Shown piece after piece: positions 20,437 to 29,801 of a DNA stretch of 58,792 nucleotides (within the stretch, counting starts at the first letter, position 1; each line of letters begins with the position of its first letter). Position numbers and translations under genes: made by a program. The stretch is from Candidatus Onthousia faecavium (lineage in GTDB: Bacteria > Bacillota_I > Bacilli_A > RF39 > UBA660), in NCBI GenBank assembly GCA_018711135.1, contig DVIS01000022.1, positions 1 to 58,792 of the forward strand, in the 5' to 3' direction. The notes under the pieces are model-generated. The model searched no databases. It saw nothing but the letters and a program-made list of their open reading frames with translations, and was not told the DNA's origin.

Positions 20437-21636
20437 ATGTTAATAAGAACACAATATCTTAATCAATTAATCAGGAGTAAAGACTTAAATTTAATTAAAG
20501 TAATTACTGGTGTACGTAGATGTGGAAAAAGCACTTTATTATTACAATATAAAGATTACTTAATTTCCCAAGGTATTATTGATAAAAATATAATCTATAT
20601 GAACTTTGAAAGTGCTGACTGGTATAGTATTAAAGATTATAATGACTTATATAAACATATAAGAGAAAGATATAGTAACCAAAAATTATATATTTTATTA
20701 GATGAGGTTCAAAACATTGAGAAATGGGAAAAAGCTATTAACTCACTATTAGTAGATATAGACTGTGATATTTATATCACTGGTTCAAATGCCTATCTAT
20801 TATCTAGTGAACTAACTACATTATTAGCAGGAAGAATATTAACAATTAAAATCTATCCATTTTCTTTTAAAGAATTTCTCTTAGAATACCCATTCAATAA
20901 AGAAGAAGACAAATATGAAAAATTTGATAAATATTTAAAATATGGTGGTATGCCTATGTTAGTAAATATGAATGATAATGAAGAGTTAATGATAAATTAT
21001 TTAAACGATATTAAAGAGGTAGTACTAAAAAAAAATGTTATTAGTAGGAACAATATAAAAGACGTGGTATTTTTAGATAATTTAATCAAATATATGTCAT
21101 CTGTTATTGGAAATTTAACCACCCCTTATAAAATTGCTGAGTTCATGAAAAAAAATGGCAGCAGTATAACAAGTGAAACAGTTGATTCTTACTTAAAAAT
21201 GTTAGAAAATGCTTATTTTATCTATAGAGTTCCAAGATTTGAATTAAAAGGGAAACAATTATTAAAAACCCAAGGTAAATATTATTTCATTGATAATGGC
21301 TTAAAAAATGTAATTGATGGTATTTCATCATATGATAGTGGCAGTAGTCTTGAAAATTTAGTATATATTGAACTATTACGTAGAGGTTATGAGGTATATG
21401 TAGGTAAATATGATGATATTGAAATAGATTTTATTGCTATTAAACCAAATGAAAAAATCTACTATCAAGTATCAAGAAGTATCTTAGACGAAAAAGTAGA
21501 AGAAAGAGAAAAAAAATCTTTACTAGCAATACACGATAATTATAGAAAAGTGATTTTAACAATGGATAATGTCAAAAATAAAGAATTAGATGGAATCCAA
21601 GTAATTAATATTATTGACTTTTTAATGGAGCAATAA
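20437..21636 (+). CDS. AAA_14/DUF4143 ATPase (subclass A)
   Basis: GVRRCGKST, LDEVQ, ITGSNA, YGGMP and EIDFIA..YYQV; start ATG 20437 after GAGGTG. Confidence 0.88.
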   Translation: MLIRTQYLNQLIRSKDLNLIKVITGVRRCGKSTLLLQYKDYLISQGIIDKNIIYMNFESADWYSIKDYNDLYKHIRERYSNQKLYILLDEVQNIEKWEKAINSLLVDIDCDIYITGSNAYLLSSELTTLLAGRILTIKIYPFSFKEFLLEYPFNKEEDKYEKFDKYLKYGGMPMLVNMNDNEELMINYLNDIKEVVLKKNVISRNNIKDVVFLDNLIKYMSSVIGNLTTPYKIAEFMKKNGSSITSETVDSYLKMLENAYFIYRVPRFELKGKQLLKTQGKYYFIDNGLKNVIDGISSYDSGSSLENLVYIELLRRGYEVYVGKYDDIEIDFIAIKPNEKIYYQVSRSILDEKVEEREKKSLLAIHDNYRKVILTMDNVKNKELDGIQVINIIDFLMEQ

Positions 21637-21667
21637 ATATGCTTGTGCAAATATATAATACAATAGC

Positions 21668-21701
21668 AAAAACTGTTTCTAACCAAAGAAAACAGTTTTT
21701 T
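21668..21701. terminator. bidirectional terminator
   Basis: AAAAACTGTTTC...GAAAACAGTTTTTT between convergent genes. Confidence 0.65.
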
Positions 21702-22140
21702 AATTTAAGATAAAAACACCAATATTTAAATAAGTAGCAAATAAGAGCCATAAGAGATAAGGTATCTGTAAATAACCACTCAGTTTTTTAATTCTCAAAA
21801 ATTCTTTAATCATTACAATAACTAAAATTAGTAACAAAATAATCCACAGAAAAGCTGAAAAATACATTTTTAAGACAAAGAAAATAATAGGCCACAAGAG
21901 ATTAACTAACAGTTGCAACAAATAAATCTGATCAAGCTCTTTATCATCACTGTTAGATATGTAATAAGACACTCCCATAAGAATATAAAGAATTGTCCAA
22001 ACAATTGGAAAAATAAATCCAGGTGGTGCTAAAGGTGGTTTAATTAAATCTTGATAATCCATATAACTAGATATAATTAATCCTACTATTCCTCCGCCTA
22101 TTATTGGCACTAAACTATAAATAATCCGTTTATATTTCAC
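21700..22140 (-). CDS. tspO: TspO/MBR family protein
   Basis: L.KPPLAPPG.IFPIVWTILY.LMG, QL..NLLW..IFF and PYLLW..FATYLN. Confidence 0.93.
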   Translation of the reverse strand: MKYKRIIYSLVPIIGGGIVGLIISSYMDYQDLIKPPLAPPGFIFPIVWTILYILMGVSYYISNSDDKELDQIYLLQLLVNLLWPIIFFVLKMYFSAFLWIILLLILVIVMIKEFLRIKKLSGYLQIPYLLWLLFATYLNIGVFILN

Positions 22141-22219
22141 ATTTAACCTCCTTATTATAGTTATATGTATATTATTGCCATTTTATAATTTTTTCATACA
22201 ATATATAGAGGTGTATTTA

Positions 22220-23308
22220 ATGAATAAATATAAAGTTTGCGTTTATGCTATTTGTTTAAACGAAGAAAAATTTGTCGACAGATGGTATGAATCTATGAAA
22301 GAAGCAGATGAAATCGTTGTTCTAGATACTGGTTCAACTGATAATACAGTCGAAAAACTACGAAGTAAAGGTATAAAAGTAGAAATTAAGAAAATCGAAC
22401 CTTGGCGGTTTGATGTTGCTCGAAACGAATCATTAAAATTAGTTCCTGATGATACTGACATCTGTGTTTGTACTGACTTAGATGAGGTTTTCTTACCTGG
22501 CTGGCGTGAAGAATTAGAAAAAGCCTGGACTCCTAATACTACAAGACTAAGGTATATCTACAATTGGTATTTAGATGAAAATAATAATCCTATCATCAGC
22601 TTCTACTACGAAAAAATCCACAAAAAGACAGGTTACTCTTGGTTTCATCCTGTTCATGAGATATTAAAATATGATTGTTTAGAAACCTTTGCTGTTACTG
22701 ATAATATTATCTTAAACCATTATCCAGACAGAACAAAATCACGAAGCAGCTATCTTCCATTACTAGAACTATCCGTTAAAGAAGATCCTGAAGATGACAG
22801 AAATATGCATTATTTAGGCAGAGAATATATGTATTATGGTAAATATAACGAAGCAATCGATACTTTAATCAAACACTTAAACTTAAAAAGAGCCACTTGG
22901 AAAGATGAAAGATGTGCTTCAATGCGCTTTATTGGTAGATGCTATAGAAATCTAAAAAGATACGATGAAGCAAAAATGTGGTTAAAAAAAGCCATTGAAG
23001 AAGCTCCATACTTAAGAGATCCTTACATGGAATTAGCGTTACTTTACTATACTTTAGAAGACTATGATGAGGTAATAAATTATGTTAATAAAGCATTAAA
23101 TATAAAAAGTCACACTAAAAGTTATATTAATGAAACCTTCAGTTTTGACTATACACCATATGACTTATTAAGTATCGCTTACTACAAAAAAGGAGAAATA
23201 GAAGCCAGTAAAGTCTTCTTAGAAAAAGCTTTAAAAATAGAACCAAATGATGAACGCCTTAATAATAACTTAAAAATAATTAATGAAGAACTAGAGAAAA
23301 ATAATTAA
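22220..23308 (+). CDS. GT2 glycosyltransferase with TPR repeats
   Basis: NEEKF, VLDTGSTD, RFDVARN, DLDE, HE.L and C-terminal TPRs; start ATG 22220 after GAGGTG. Confidence 0.9.
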   Translation: MNKYKVCVYAICLNEEKFVDRWYESMKEADEIVVLDTGSTDNTVEKLRSKGIKVEIKKIEPWRFDVARNESLKLVPDDTDICVCTDLDEVFLPGWREELEKAWTPNTTRLRYIYNWYLDENNNPIISFYYEKIHKKTGYSWFHPVHEILKYDCLETFAVTDNIILNHYPDRTKSRSSYLPLLELSVKEDPEDDRNMHYLGREYMYYGKYNEAIDTLIKHLNLKRATWKDERCASMRFIGRCYRNLKRYDEAKMWLKKAIEEAPYLRDPYMELALLYYTLEDYDEVINYVNKALNIKSHTKSYINETFSFDYTPYDLLSIAYYKKGEIEASKVFLEKALKIEPNDERLNNNLKIINEELEKNN

Positions 23309-23350
23309 AAAAAAACATGATTACAAAGTCATAAGTAATCATGTTTTAAT

Positions 23351-24568
23351 TTATTTTTGAACCTTACCTTTCATTCCCTTTAAACCATTTTTAGCAAACC
23401 CTTGTAAAATATTTGTCTTAAAGGAATGAGTCTTACTCTCTCTTCTTTTATAATCTTTAATAGCAATATTAATCATATCATCAAGTAACTCTGTATAATC
23501 CTTTCCCTTTGGATCCCATAAATAGAAAGCTAAAGAACCAGGAATAGAATTAATTTCATTAACATATACTTTTTTTGCTTTTGTATCAATTAACATATCA
23601 ATACGCGCATTACCACTACTTCCTAATGCTTTAAAAACTCTAACTGCTAACTCTTCTACTTCTTTAGTCATCTTATCGGAAATATCAGCAGGTATTTTTC
23701 TATCAGCAGAAGCCATACCTTTAGATCCCTTCACAGCAGACATTTTAGCTCCTAATTTGCCTTTTACTTTAGAACTACCAATATATTTTTCTTCATAAGT
23801 AAGGAAAGAACTCTTTGAAAGAACCTCTTCAATAACACTTGTCTCTTGATGTTCATAATTACCTAAAACAGCAATATTAACCTCCATTAAATTAGGAATC
23901 ATCTCTTCTACTACAATCTTACTATCATAATTTATCGCTTCTTCAATTGCCTCTTTTAGCTTATCTTTATCTTTAGCAACGCCAATTCCGATGCTACTAC
24001 CTGTTGTCGCCGGTTTAACAATAACTGGATAACCAATTTTCTCAATCTTTTTAATAATCTCCTCTTGATTATTTTTAAAGTCACTATCATAAAACCATAT
24101 ATAATTAGGACAATTAATGTCGTTTGCTTTAAAGATATCTCTCATATAAGCTTTATCTTGCCCCACAACTGAAGCATAAACATTAGATCCTACATAAGGA
24201 ATACCAATTGTCTGTAAATATCCTTGCAAGACTCCATCTTCCACATTAGTCCCATGTACAATTGGAAATACCACATCTAAATCTGTAATTATTTTTTTGA
24301 ATAGTCCTTTACTTTGTAACACAAATGAACCATTTTTACAATACAATACTACGTTAGTAGCATATTTTTTTATCAAATCTAAATCTTGATAAACCTCAAC
24401 ATCAGTTAACATTGCTCCTGTATACCATTCTCTATCTTTTGTTATATAGATAGGTACTACCTCATATTTCTCTTGATCTATTTTATTTATCGCTTGAATT
24501 GCCGATATAATACTAACCTCATGTTCAACTGTTTCTCCACCAAAAATAACACCTAATTTAATTTTCAT
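23351..24568 (-). CDS. ddl: D-alanine--D-alanine ligase family protein
   Basis: FGGETVEHEVSI.SA, HG.NVEDG.LQG, VKP...GSSIG and NEINSIPG. Confidence 0.9.
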   Translation of the reverse strand: MKIKLGVIFGGETVEHEVSIISAIQAINKIDQEKYEVVPIYITKDREWYTGAMLTDVEVYQDLDLIKKYATNVVLYCKNGSFVLQSKGLFKKIITDLDVVFPIVHGTNVEDGVLQGYLQTIGIPYVGSNVYASVVGQDKAYMRDIFKANDINCPNYIWFYDSDFKNNQEEIIKKIEKIGYPVIVKPATTGSSIGIGVAKDKDKLKEAIEEAINYDSKIVVEEMIPNLMEVNIAVLGNYEHQETSVIEEVLSKSSFLTYEEKYIGSSKVKGKLGAKMSAVKGSKGMASADRKIPADISDKMTKEVEELAVRVFKALGSSGNARIDMLIDTKAKKVYVNEINSIPGSLAFYLWDPKGKDYTELLDDMINIAIKDYKRRESKTHSFKTNILQGFAKNGLKGMKGKVQK

Positions 24569-24581
24569 TATCTATCATCTC

Positions 24582-26201
24582 CTATTTTTCATTATAAGTA
24601 TCAGGTAAATCATTTTCAAATAAAGCATAAACATCTTTTTTAGCCTTAATTCCTCTTATAAAATTATATGCTTCTTTAACATCATTGTAAACAATTAAAT
24701 TATCTTCATCAAAGTTTCCTTCCATTAACCCTTCTTTAATAGGTAAAGTTCTTTTTTCCCCAATCAAAACAACATAATCTGCTTTTGATAGTGTTGCTAT
24801 TTGTCGACCAAACTCTTTATTAAGTTCTTTTTCTTTATCACCAAGTTCTACCATTCCCGGTGTTACTACTATTCTAACTCCCGGCATCATCGCTAAAACC
24901 TCTAGAGCACTTTTTGCTCCTACCGGATTAGAATTATAAGCATCATCTATTTGATAGAAATAACCAAGTTTCTTAAGTTCTAAACGATGTTCTACCGGTT
25001 TAACCCCTCTAACCGCTTGTTGTAAGGAAATAATTGGTATTCCAAATTCTCTTCCTAAAGCAAGACCAGCAAGAATATTATAGACATTATGTTTACCTAG
25101 CAATTTCGTTTCAAATTGATAAGTTGTATTATCCCCTTTAAATTTAACATCAAAAGTAGTTCCTACATTAGAACATTTTATATTACTAGCTTTAACATCT
25201 ACATCCGCTTCATCAATACCAATCCAAAGAATTTTACATTTATTTTTTAATTTATAACTAACTTGTTTTGGATCATCTCTATTGAGTACTCCTACACCAT
25301 CACGTGGTAATGATTCAATGAGTTCAAATTTAGTCTTTTGAATATTCTCAACGCTTCCAAATGTTTCTAGATGAGCTGTACCAATTCTTGTTAAGATACC
25401 ATATTTAGGATGAACCATATCACATAACTCTTTTATTTCTCCTGGAACGTAAGCCCCCATCTCTGCAATAAAGATATCCGTAAATTTATCTAAATGATTA
25501 TTAATAGTCATAATTAAACCATAAGGTGTATTCAAATTACGTGGTGTAGGTAGCGTTGTATATTTAATATTTAAGATATCTGCTAATATATTCTTACTAC
25601 TTGTCTTTCCATAACTACCAGTTATTCCAATCACTTTTAAATTATTCATATTTCTTATTTTCTTAAGAGCTTTACTTTTAAAATGATGATATACACATTT
25701 TTCAAGCGTATATTTATTAATGAAATTGCCTAAGAAAATAATAATTGTATTTAAATAGACCATTAACATAAAGATAAATAGGATAAAATGATTAATTACA
25801 TTCTGATCTTTATATATATAAAGACAAACTAAAGGTATAAGGTAAATAACAATTATTGTTCCAATTAATCTCTTAATACGTGCTGTAACAACTAAAGGTT
25901 TTTTTACTTGTTCTTTAAGAATACTATTTCTATATAACCATAAATGACAAAGATAAACTAAAATAGCACCCATATTAATAATATTTTTTAGTGTATCATT
26001 ATTGATAAGAAATATATTAGCAAGCGATATTAATAAAAGGCCTAGTATTTCTAATGAAAAGAAATTACTACTATTATTAAAAACCCATTTTATATACCTA
26101 TTATTCTCATTATAAAGGTTTAATTGTAAAATATGTAAATTCTTTTTCGTTTTATAGCAAAGAATTACTATTGCTATTAAAACTAAAACGATTTCTAACA
26201 T
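24582..26201 (-). CDS. murF: MurF-like Mur ligase with N-terminal TM segments
   Basis: GITGSYGKTSSK, EMGA, HLETFG and DDAYNSNP. Confidence 0.85.
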   Translation of the reverse strand: MLEIVLVLIAIVILCYKTKKNLHILQLNLYNENNRYIKWVFNNSSNFFSLEILGLLLISLANIFLINNDTLKNIINMGAILVYLCHLWLYRNSILKEQVKKPLVVTARIKRLIGTIIVIYLIPLVCLYIYKDQNVINHFILFIFMLMVYLNTIIIFLGNFINKYTLEKCVYHHFKSKALKKIRNMNNLKVIGITGSYGKTSSKNILADILNIKYTTLPTPRNLNTPYGLIMTINNHLDKFTDIFIAEMGAYVPGEIKELCDMVHPKYGILTRIGTAHLETFGSVENIQKTKFELIESLPRDGVGVLNRDDPKQVSYKLKNKCKILWIGIDEADVDVKASNIKCSNVGTTFDVKFKGDNTTYQFETKLLGKHNVYNILAGLALGREFGIPIISLQQAVRGVKPVEHRLELKKLGYFYQIDDAYNSNPVGAKSALEVLAMMPGVRIVVTPGMVELGDKEKELNKEFGRQIATLSKADYVVLIGEKRTLPIKEGLMEGNFDEDNLIVYNDVKEAYNFIRGIKAKKDVYALFENDLPDTYNEK

Positions 26202-26203
26202 AG

Positions 26204-26932
26204 TTATCCCTCCATAAATTTATTTATAATATTTATAACTTGATTTAAGTTTTCAAGATAAGCATAATGAGTTCCAGGTAAAATAATTAAAGCCCCATCC
26301 ACAAGTAATTGTTCTAATAGTTTCGCATCTTCTAAAGGTGCTGCTTCATCATTTTCACCCCAAATTAACAAGGTAGGTACTGTTATTTTTTTAGCATACT
26401 CTGATAAATCTTCATTAACAGTTTTAACTAATATTTCTCTCATTCTAGGCGTTGCATTTTTATAATCCTCTGATCCAATATAATTTTTCGCAATCTCAGC
26501 AATTTTTCCCATACCAGGTAGTTTTTTCGCTTGCTTTAACATCTTTTCTTTAAGCGTTAACCCCTTCTTCGTTCTAACACAAGGAGCTCCAAACAAAACT
26601 ACTTTAGAAACATCATATTTTGAAGCATAACAAATAGCAACTCTGCCTCCAAAAGAATGTCCAATTAAAGTAGGTTTTTTTATTTTTAGTTTTTCTACTA
26701 ATTGATGCACCATTAATGCATAATCACTAACACCCCATACACCATCTGGTTCAGCACTCATCCCATAACCTGGAAAATCTAAAATCGTAATATGATACTT
26801 AGAAGATAACAAATTACCAAGAGGTTCCATCATTTGAATATTCTGTCCCCATCCATGTAACAAGATTATATCTTCACCTTTATCATTACCATATTGTATG
26901 TAATTTACTTTATCTAGGTTAATACTCTTCAT
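26204..26932 (-). CDS. alpha/beta hydrolase
   Basis: LLHGWG, DFPGYG, GHSFGG and catalytic Asp/His; start ATG 26932 after GGAGG (ORF track start is too far upstream). Confidence 0.9.
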   Translation of the reverse strand: MKSINLDKVNYIQYGNDKGEDIILLHGWGQNIQMMEPLGNLLSSKYHITILDFPGYGMSAEPDGVWGVSDYALMVHQLVEKLKIKKPTLIGHSFGGRVAICYASKYDVSKVVLFGAPCVRTKKGLTLKEKMLKQAKKLPGMGKIAEIAKNYIGSEDYKNATPRMREILVKTVNEDLSEYAKKITVPTLLIWGENDEAAPLEDAKLLEQLLVDGALIILPGTHYAYLENLNQVINIINKFMEG

Positions 26933-26993
26933 ACATCCTCCTGTACAAATTATAACATAAAAAGAAAAAAGAGTCTTTATTTTATGACTCTTT

Positions 26994-27845
26994 TTATAAT
27001 CTTTTAACTTTTTGGTAATATACCCCTTCAAAATGTCTACCATCTTTTTCTTTAGGGCCTTCACCATAATTATAAACACTATTAGAATAGTAATTACGAT
27101 TAGTTCTCGTATCAGCTTGATTTATAATAAAAGATTCAAACTCTTCTGGATTTAACTGATATAGCAAAGCTTTATCAAGATTAAGTTTAACACCATTTTT
27201 TGTCTCTTCTAAAGCATTAGCTTTTTTATAAAAATCTTCATCAATTCTACTTAATTCATCATTATTAAGCATTTCACTATTAGCATGAGCACCTATATAG
27301 ACATAAATATCTTCTTTTTTACTATCATATCTACTTTGTAAGGTTTCTACTGTTCTTTTAGGTAACCCAAGTCCAATCATTTCTGGACTACATGGTGCAG
27401 CAGCTGTAACACCTTTTCTCAAATCACTAGCAATAACTACTGGATAATCAGCAACAGCAGACCCAATAACAACACTAGGTGTTTTCTTCGTAATAACTAA
27501 GATATCTGCTAATAAACTTGTATCCCAAGCATCTTTATGAATATCAGCTATTTCACGAGTAATCTCAATATAATTACCTTGACCAGTTTGTACTGGCATA
27601 AAAAATTTATAAGGATTAAAGCCATTATTATAATCATCAGCTGCCATTTTTCTATGTTTCAAAAACTCCAACTGTCTTTTAGCTAATGACATTTCTCTAG
27701 GATAACAACTAGTCTTTGTTGTCATACATCCATACTTATTACCCGTATCTAAAATACGCAGATTTTCTGTTTTCATCATACCATTTTTTAAAATAGCATA
27801 ATTTCCCACTTTCATTATATTTTTCTTAAATTTTATATTTTCCAT
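26994..27845 (-). CDS. YfiH/PgeF (laccase-domain) paralog with degenerate catalytic residues
   Basis: Clear paralog of the adjacent gene, but ADC is changed to ADY and AHC to APC. Confidence 0.7.
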   Translation of the reverse strand: MENIKFKKNIMKVGNYAILKNGMMKTENLRILDTGNKYGCMTTKTSCYPREMSLAKRQLEFLKHRKMAADDYNNGFNPYKFFMPVQTGQGNYIEITREIADIHKDAWDTSLLADILVITKKTPSVVIGSAVADYPVVIASDLRKGVTAAAPCSPEMIGLGLPKRTVETLQSRYDSKKEDIYVYIGAHANSEMLNNDELSRIDEDFYKKANALEETKNGVKLNLDKALLYQLNPEEFESFIINQADTRTNRNYYSNSVYNYGEGPKEKDGRHFEGVYYQKVKRL

Positions 27846-27938
27846 TCTTTTATTCCCCCTTTTGAATGTAGCTGTATTATACTACTTTACAGTGAATTTG
27901 TCAAGGAGAAAGAAAAAAAGAGTTTTCAACACCAACTC

Positions 27939-28793
27939 TTATAATCTTTTAACTTTCTGATAATATGCTCCTTCAAAGTGTCTTCCATTTTTTTCTTTAC
28001 GACTATTGTCATTATTATAAACACTATTAGAATAATAATTTGGATTAGTTAATGTATCTGCCATATTTATAATGAATGATTCATATTCTAATGGATTTAA
28101 TTGATATAACAAAGCTTTATCAAGATCAATTTTATATTCATCATCTTTAACTTGTCTAATAGCTCCTGTTTTATCCCAAAAACTTTCTGTTGCAAAACTT
28201 GGTCTTCTATCATAAGTCCAATCACCACTAGCATGAGCTCCGATATGAACATAGATATCTTCTTTTTTACTATCATATTTACTTTGTAAAGCTTCTACTG
28301 TTCTAATTGGTAAATATTTATCAATCATCGCTGCACTACAATGAGCTGTCGCTGTAACACCATTTTTTAAGTCACTAGCAATAACTACTGGACAGTCAGC
28401 AACTGGGAAACCAACAACTACTCTAGGTGTTTTATTAGTAACAATCAAGATATCTCCCTTAATATCTAAATCCCAACCATCTTCACATGCTTCAACCATT
28501 TCTCTTGTTAACTCTACCGCTTTGCCTTCTCCATCTTGACTAGGTACATAGAATTTATATGGATCAAAAGCATAATTATTATCTTTAGCAGCCATTTTTC
28601 GATGCTTCAAAAATAAATTTTTTATTTCCTCATCAGACATTTTCTCATCATAAAAACTAGGTTTCATACTCATACATCCATATTTATTACCAGTATCTAA
28701 AATACGAAAACCATTACCTTTAGCAAGACCATTTTTTAAAATAGCATATTTACCTACTCTCAAAACATTTTTATTAAATTTTATATTTTCCAT
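27939..28793 (-). CDS. YfiH/PgeF (laccase-domain/purine nucleoside phosphorylase) family protein
   Basis: GDIL.T, VADCPVV, TAH, V.IG, IDL and DT......YYS. Confidence 0.75.
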   Translation of the reverse strand: MENIKFNKNVLRVGKYAILKNGLAKGNGFRILDTGNKYGCMSMKPSFYDEKMSDEEIKNLFLKHRKMAAKDNNYAFDPYKFYVPSQDGEGKAVELTREMVEACEDGWDLDIKGDILIVTNKTPRVVVGFPVADCPVVIASDLKNGVTATAHCSAAMIDKYLPIRTVEALQSKYDSKKEDIYVHIGAHASGDWTYDRRPSFATESFWDKTGAIRQVKDDEYKIDLDKALLYQLNPLEYESFIINMADTLTNPNYYSNSVYNNDNSRKEKNGRHFEGAYYQKVKRL

Positions 28794-28844
28794 AATATCC
28801 CCCTATCACAAACAAGAAAAGTATATAATTTTTTCTATAGAAAG

Positions 28845-29792
28845 TCAATTTCTTCCATACTTATCACCATTTATATACTTTTCTCTATCTACTATTGGAA
28901 ACTCTAAATTAATTCCTTCTAATTCAAATCTATTAACTACATAATCCTCATCATCAAATATGATTTGTGTATAATAATCTTTTTGCTTCATACTCTTTCT
29001 ATCCAAATCTTTAAGTGGTATTCCCGCTTTATAGAAAGCCTCACCATATTTTTTAGCATTCTCATCAGTTAATTCTATATATCCATCTTTCATTAAAGTC
29101 TTAGCAAAAAGAGCGTCTTCTACAAAATATCCAGGATCAGGAGCCATCAAAAGTCCTGTATTTTCTTCTTCTGTATAATATCTTCCCTCATTACAACGAT
29201 TAGTAGTAAAAAACTGTCTATAAGTAACATCAATTAGATAAGTTTTAGTCTTAACTGTTTCCGAATCTTGATATGGAAATGATACTGTTCCAAAGACATG
29301 ATTAAAGGGATAATCAAAACATTTACTTGCACTATTTTTAGTAACCTCAAATTCTAATTTTTCAAAAGGCATTATTGTTAAAGCTTGTCCTAATTCACAA
29401 AAACCATTCAATGAGTTTGTTTTTATATCAATTCCCAAACTAGAAAAGGCACTTCTCGCATTACTAACACTATAGTCTAATAATGTCTCAATCTCTTTAA
29501 AAGTTAATCCTTCTTTAAAACCGTTCTTTTTAATATCATTATAATGATTAATAGCATTATCTAATTCTATTCTATCAATTTTTTTACTTTCTGGTTCTTG
29601 ATAGATAATATAACTTTCATTTTCACCTAGTAAATATAAGTTATATGCAAAAGGCAAACTAACATCTAATTCAGATGACAACTTATAGTATTTAGTCCAT
29701 AATGATGATAACAAGTTATGTTTAGTTTCATTATCTAAATCTTGATTATAAACATCCATAATTGCATTCAAAATATCTTTTAAAATATCCAT
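28845..29792 (-). CDS. hypothetical protein, possible papain/transglutaminase-like Cys-His-Asp fold
   Basis: LNGFCELGQ..NHVF..YLIDVTYRQF. Confidence 0.55.
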   Translation of the reverse strand: MDILKDILNAIMDVYNQDLDNETKHNLLSSLWTKYYKLSSELDVSLPFAYNLYLLGENESYIIYQEPESKKIDRIELDNAINHYNDIKKNGFKEGLTFKEIETLLDYSVSNARSAFSSLGIDIKTNSLNGFCELGQALTIMPFEKLEFEVTKNSASKCFDYPFNHVFGTVSFPYQDSETVKTKTYLIDVTYRQFFTTNRCNEGRYYTEEENTGLLMAPDPGYFVEDALFAKTLMKDGYIELTDENAKKYGEAFYKAGIPLKDLDRKSMKQKDYYTQIIFDDEDYVVNRFELEGINLEFPIVDREKYINGDKYGRN

Positions 29793-29801
29793 ATCAACCT
29801 C

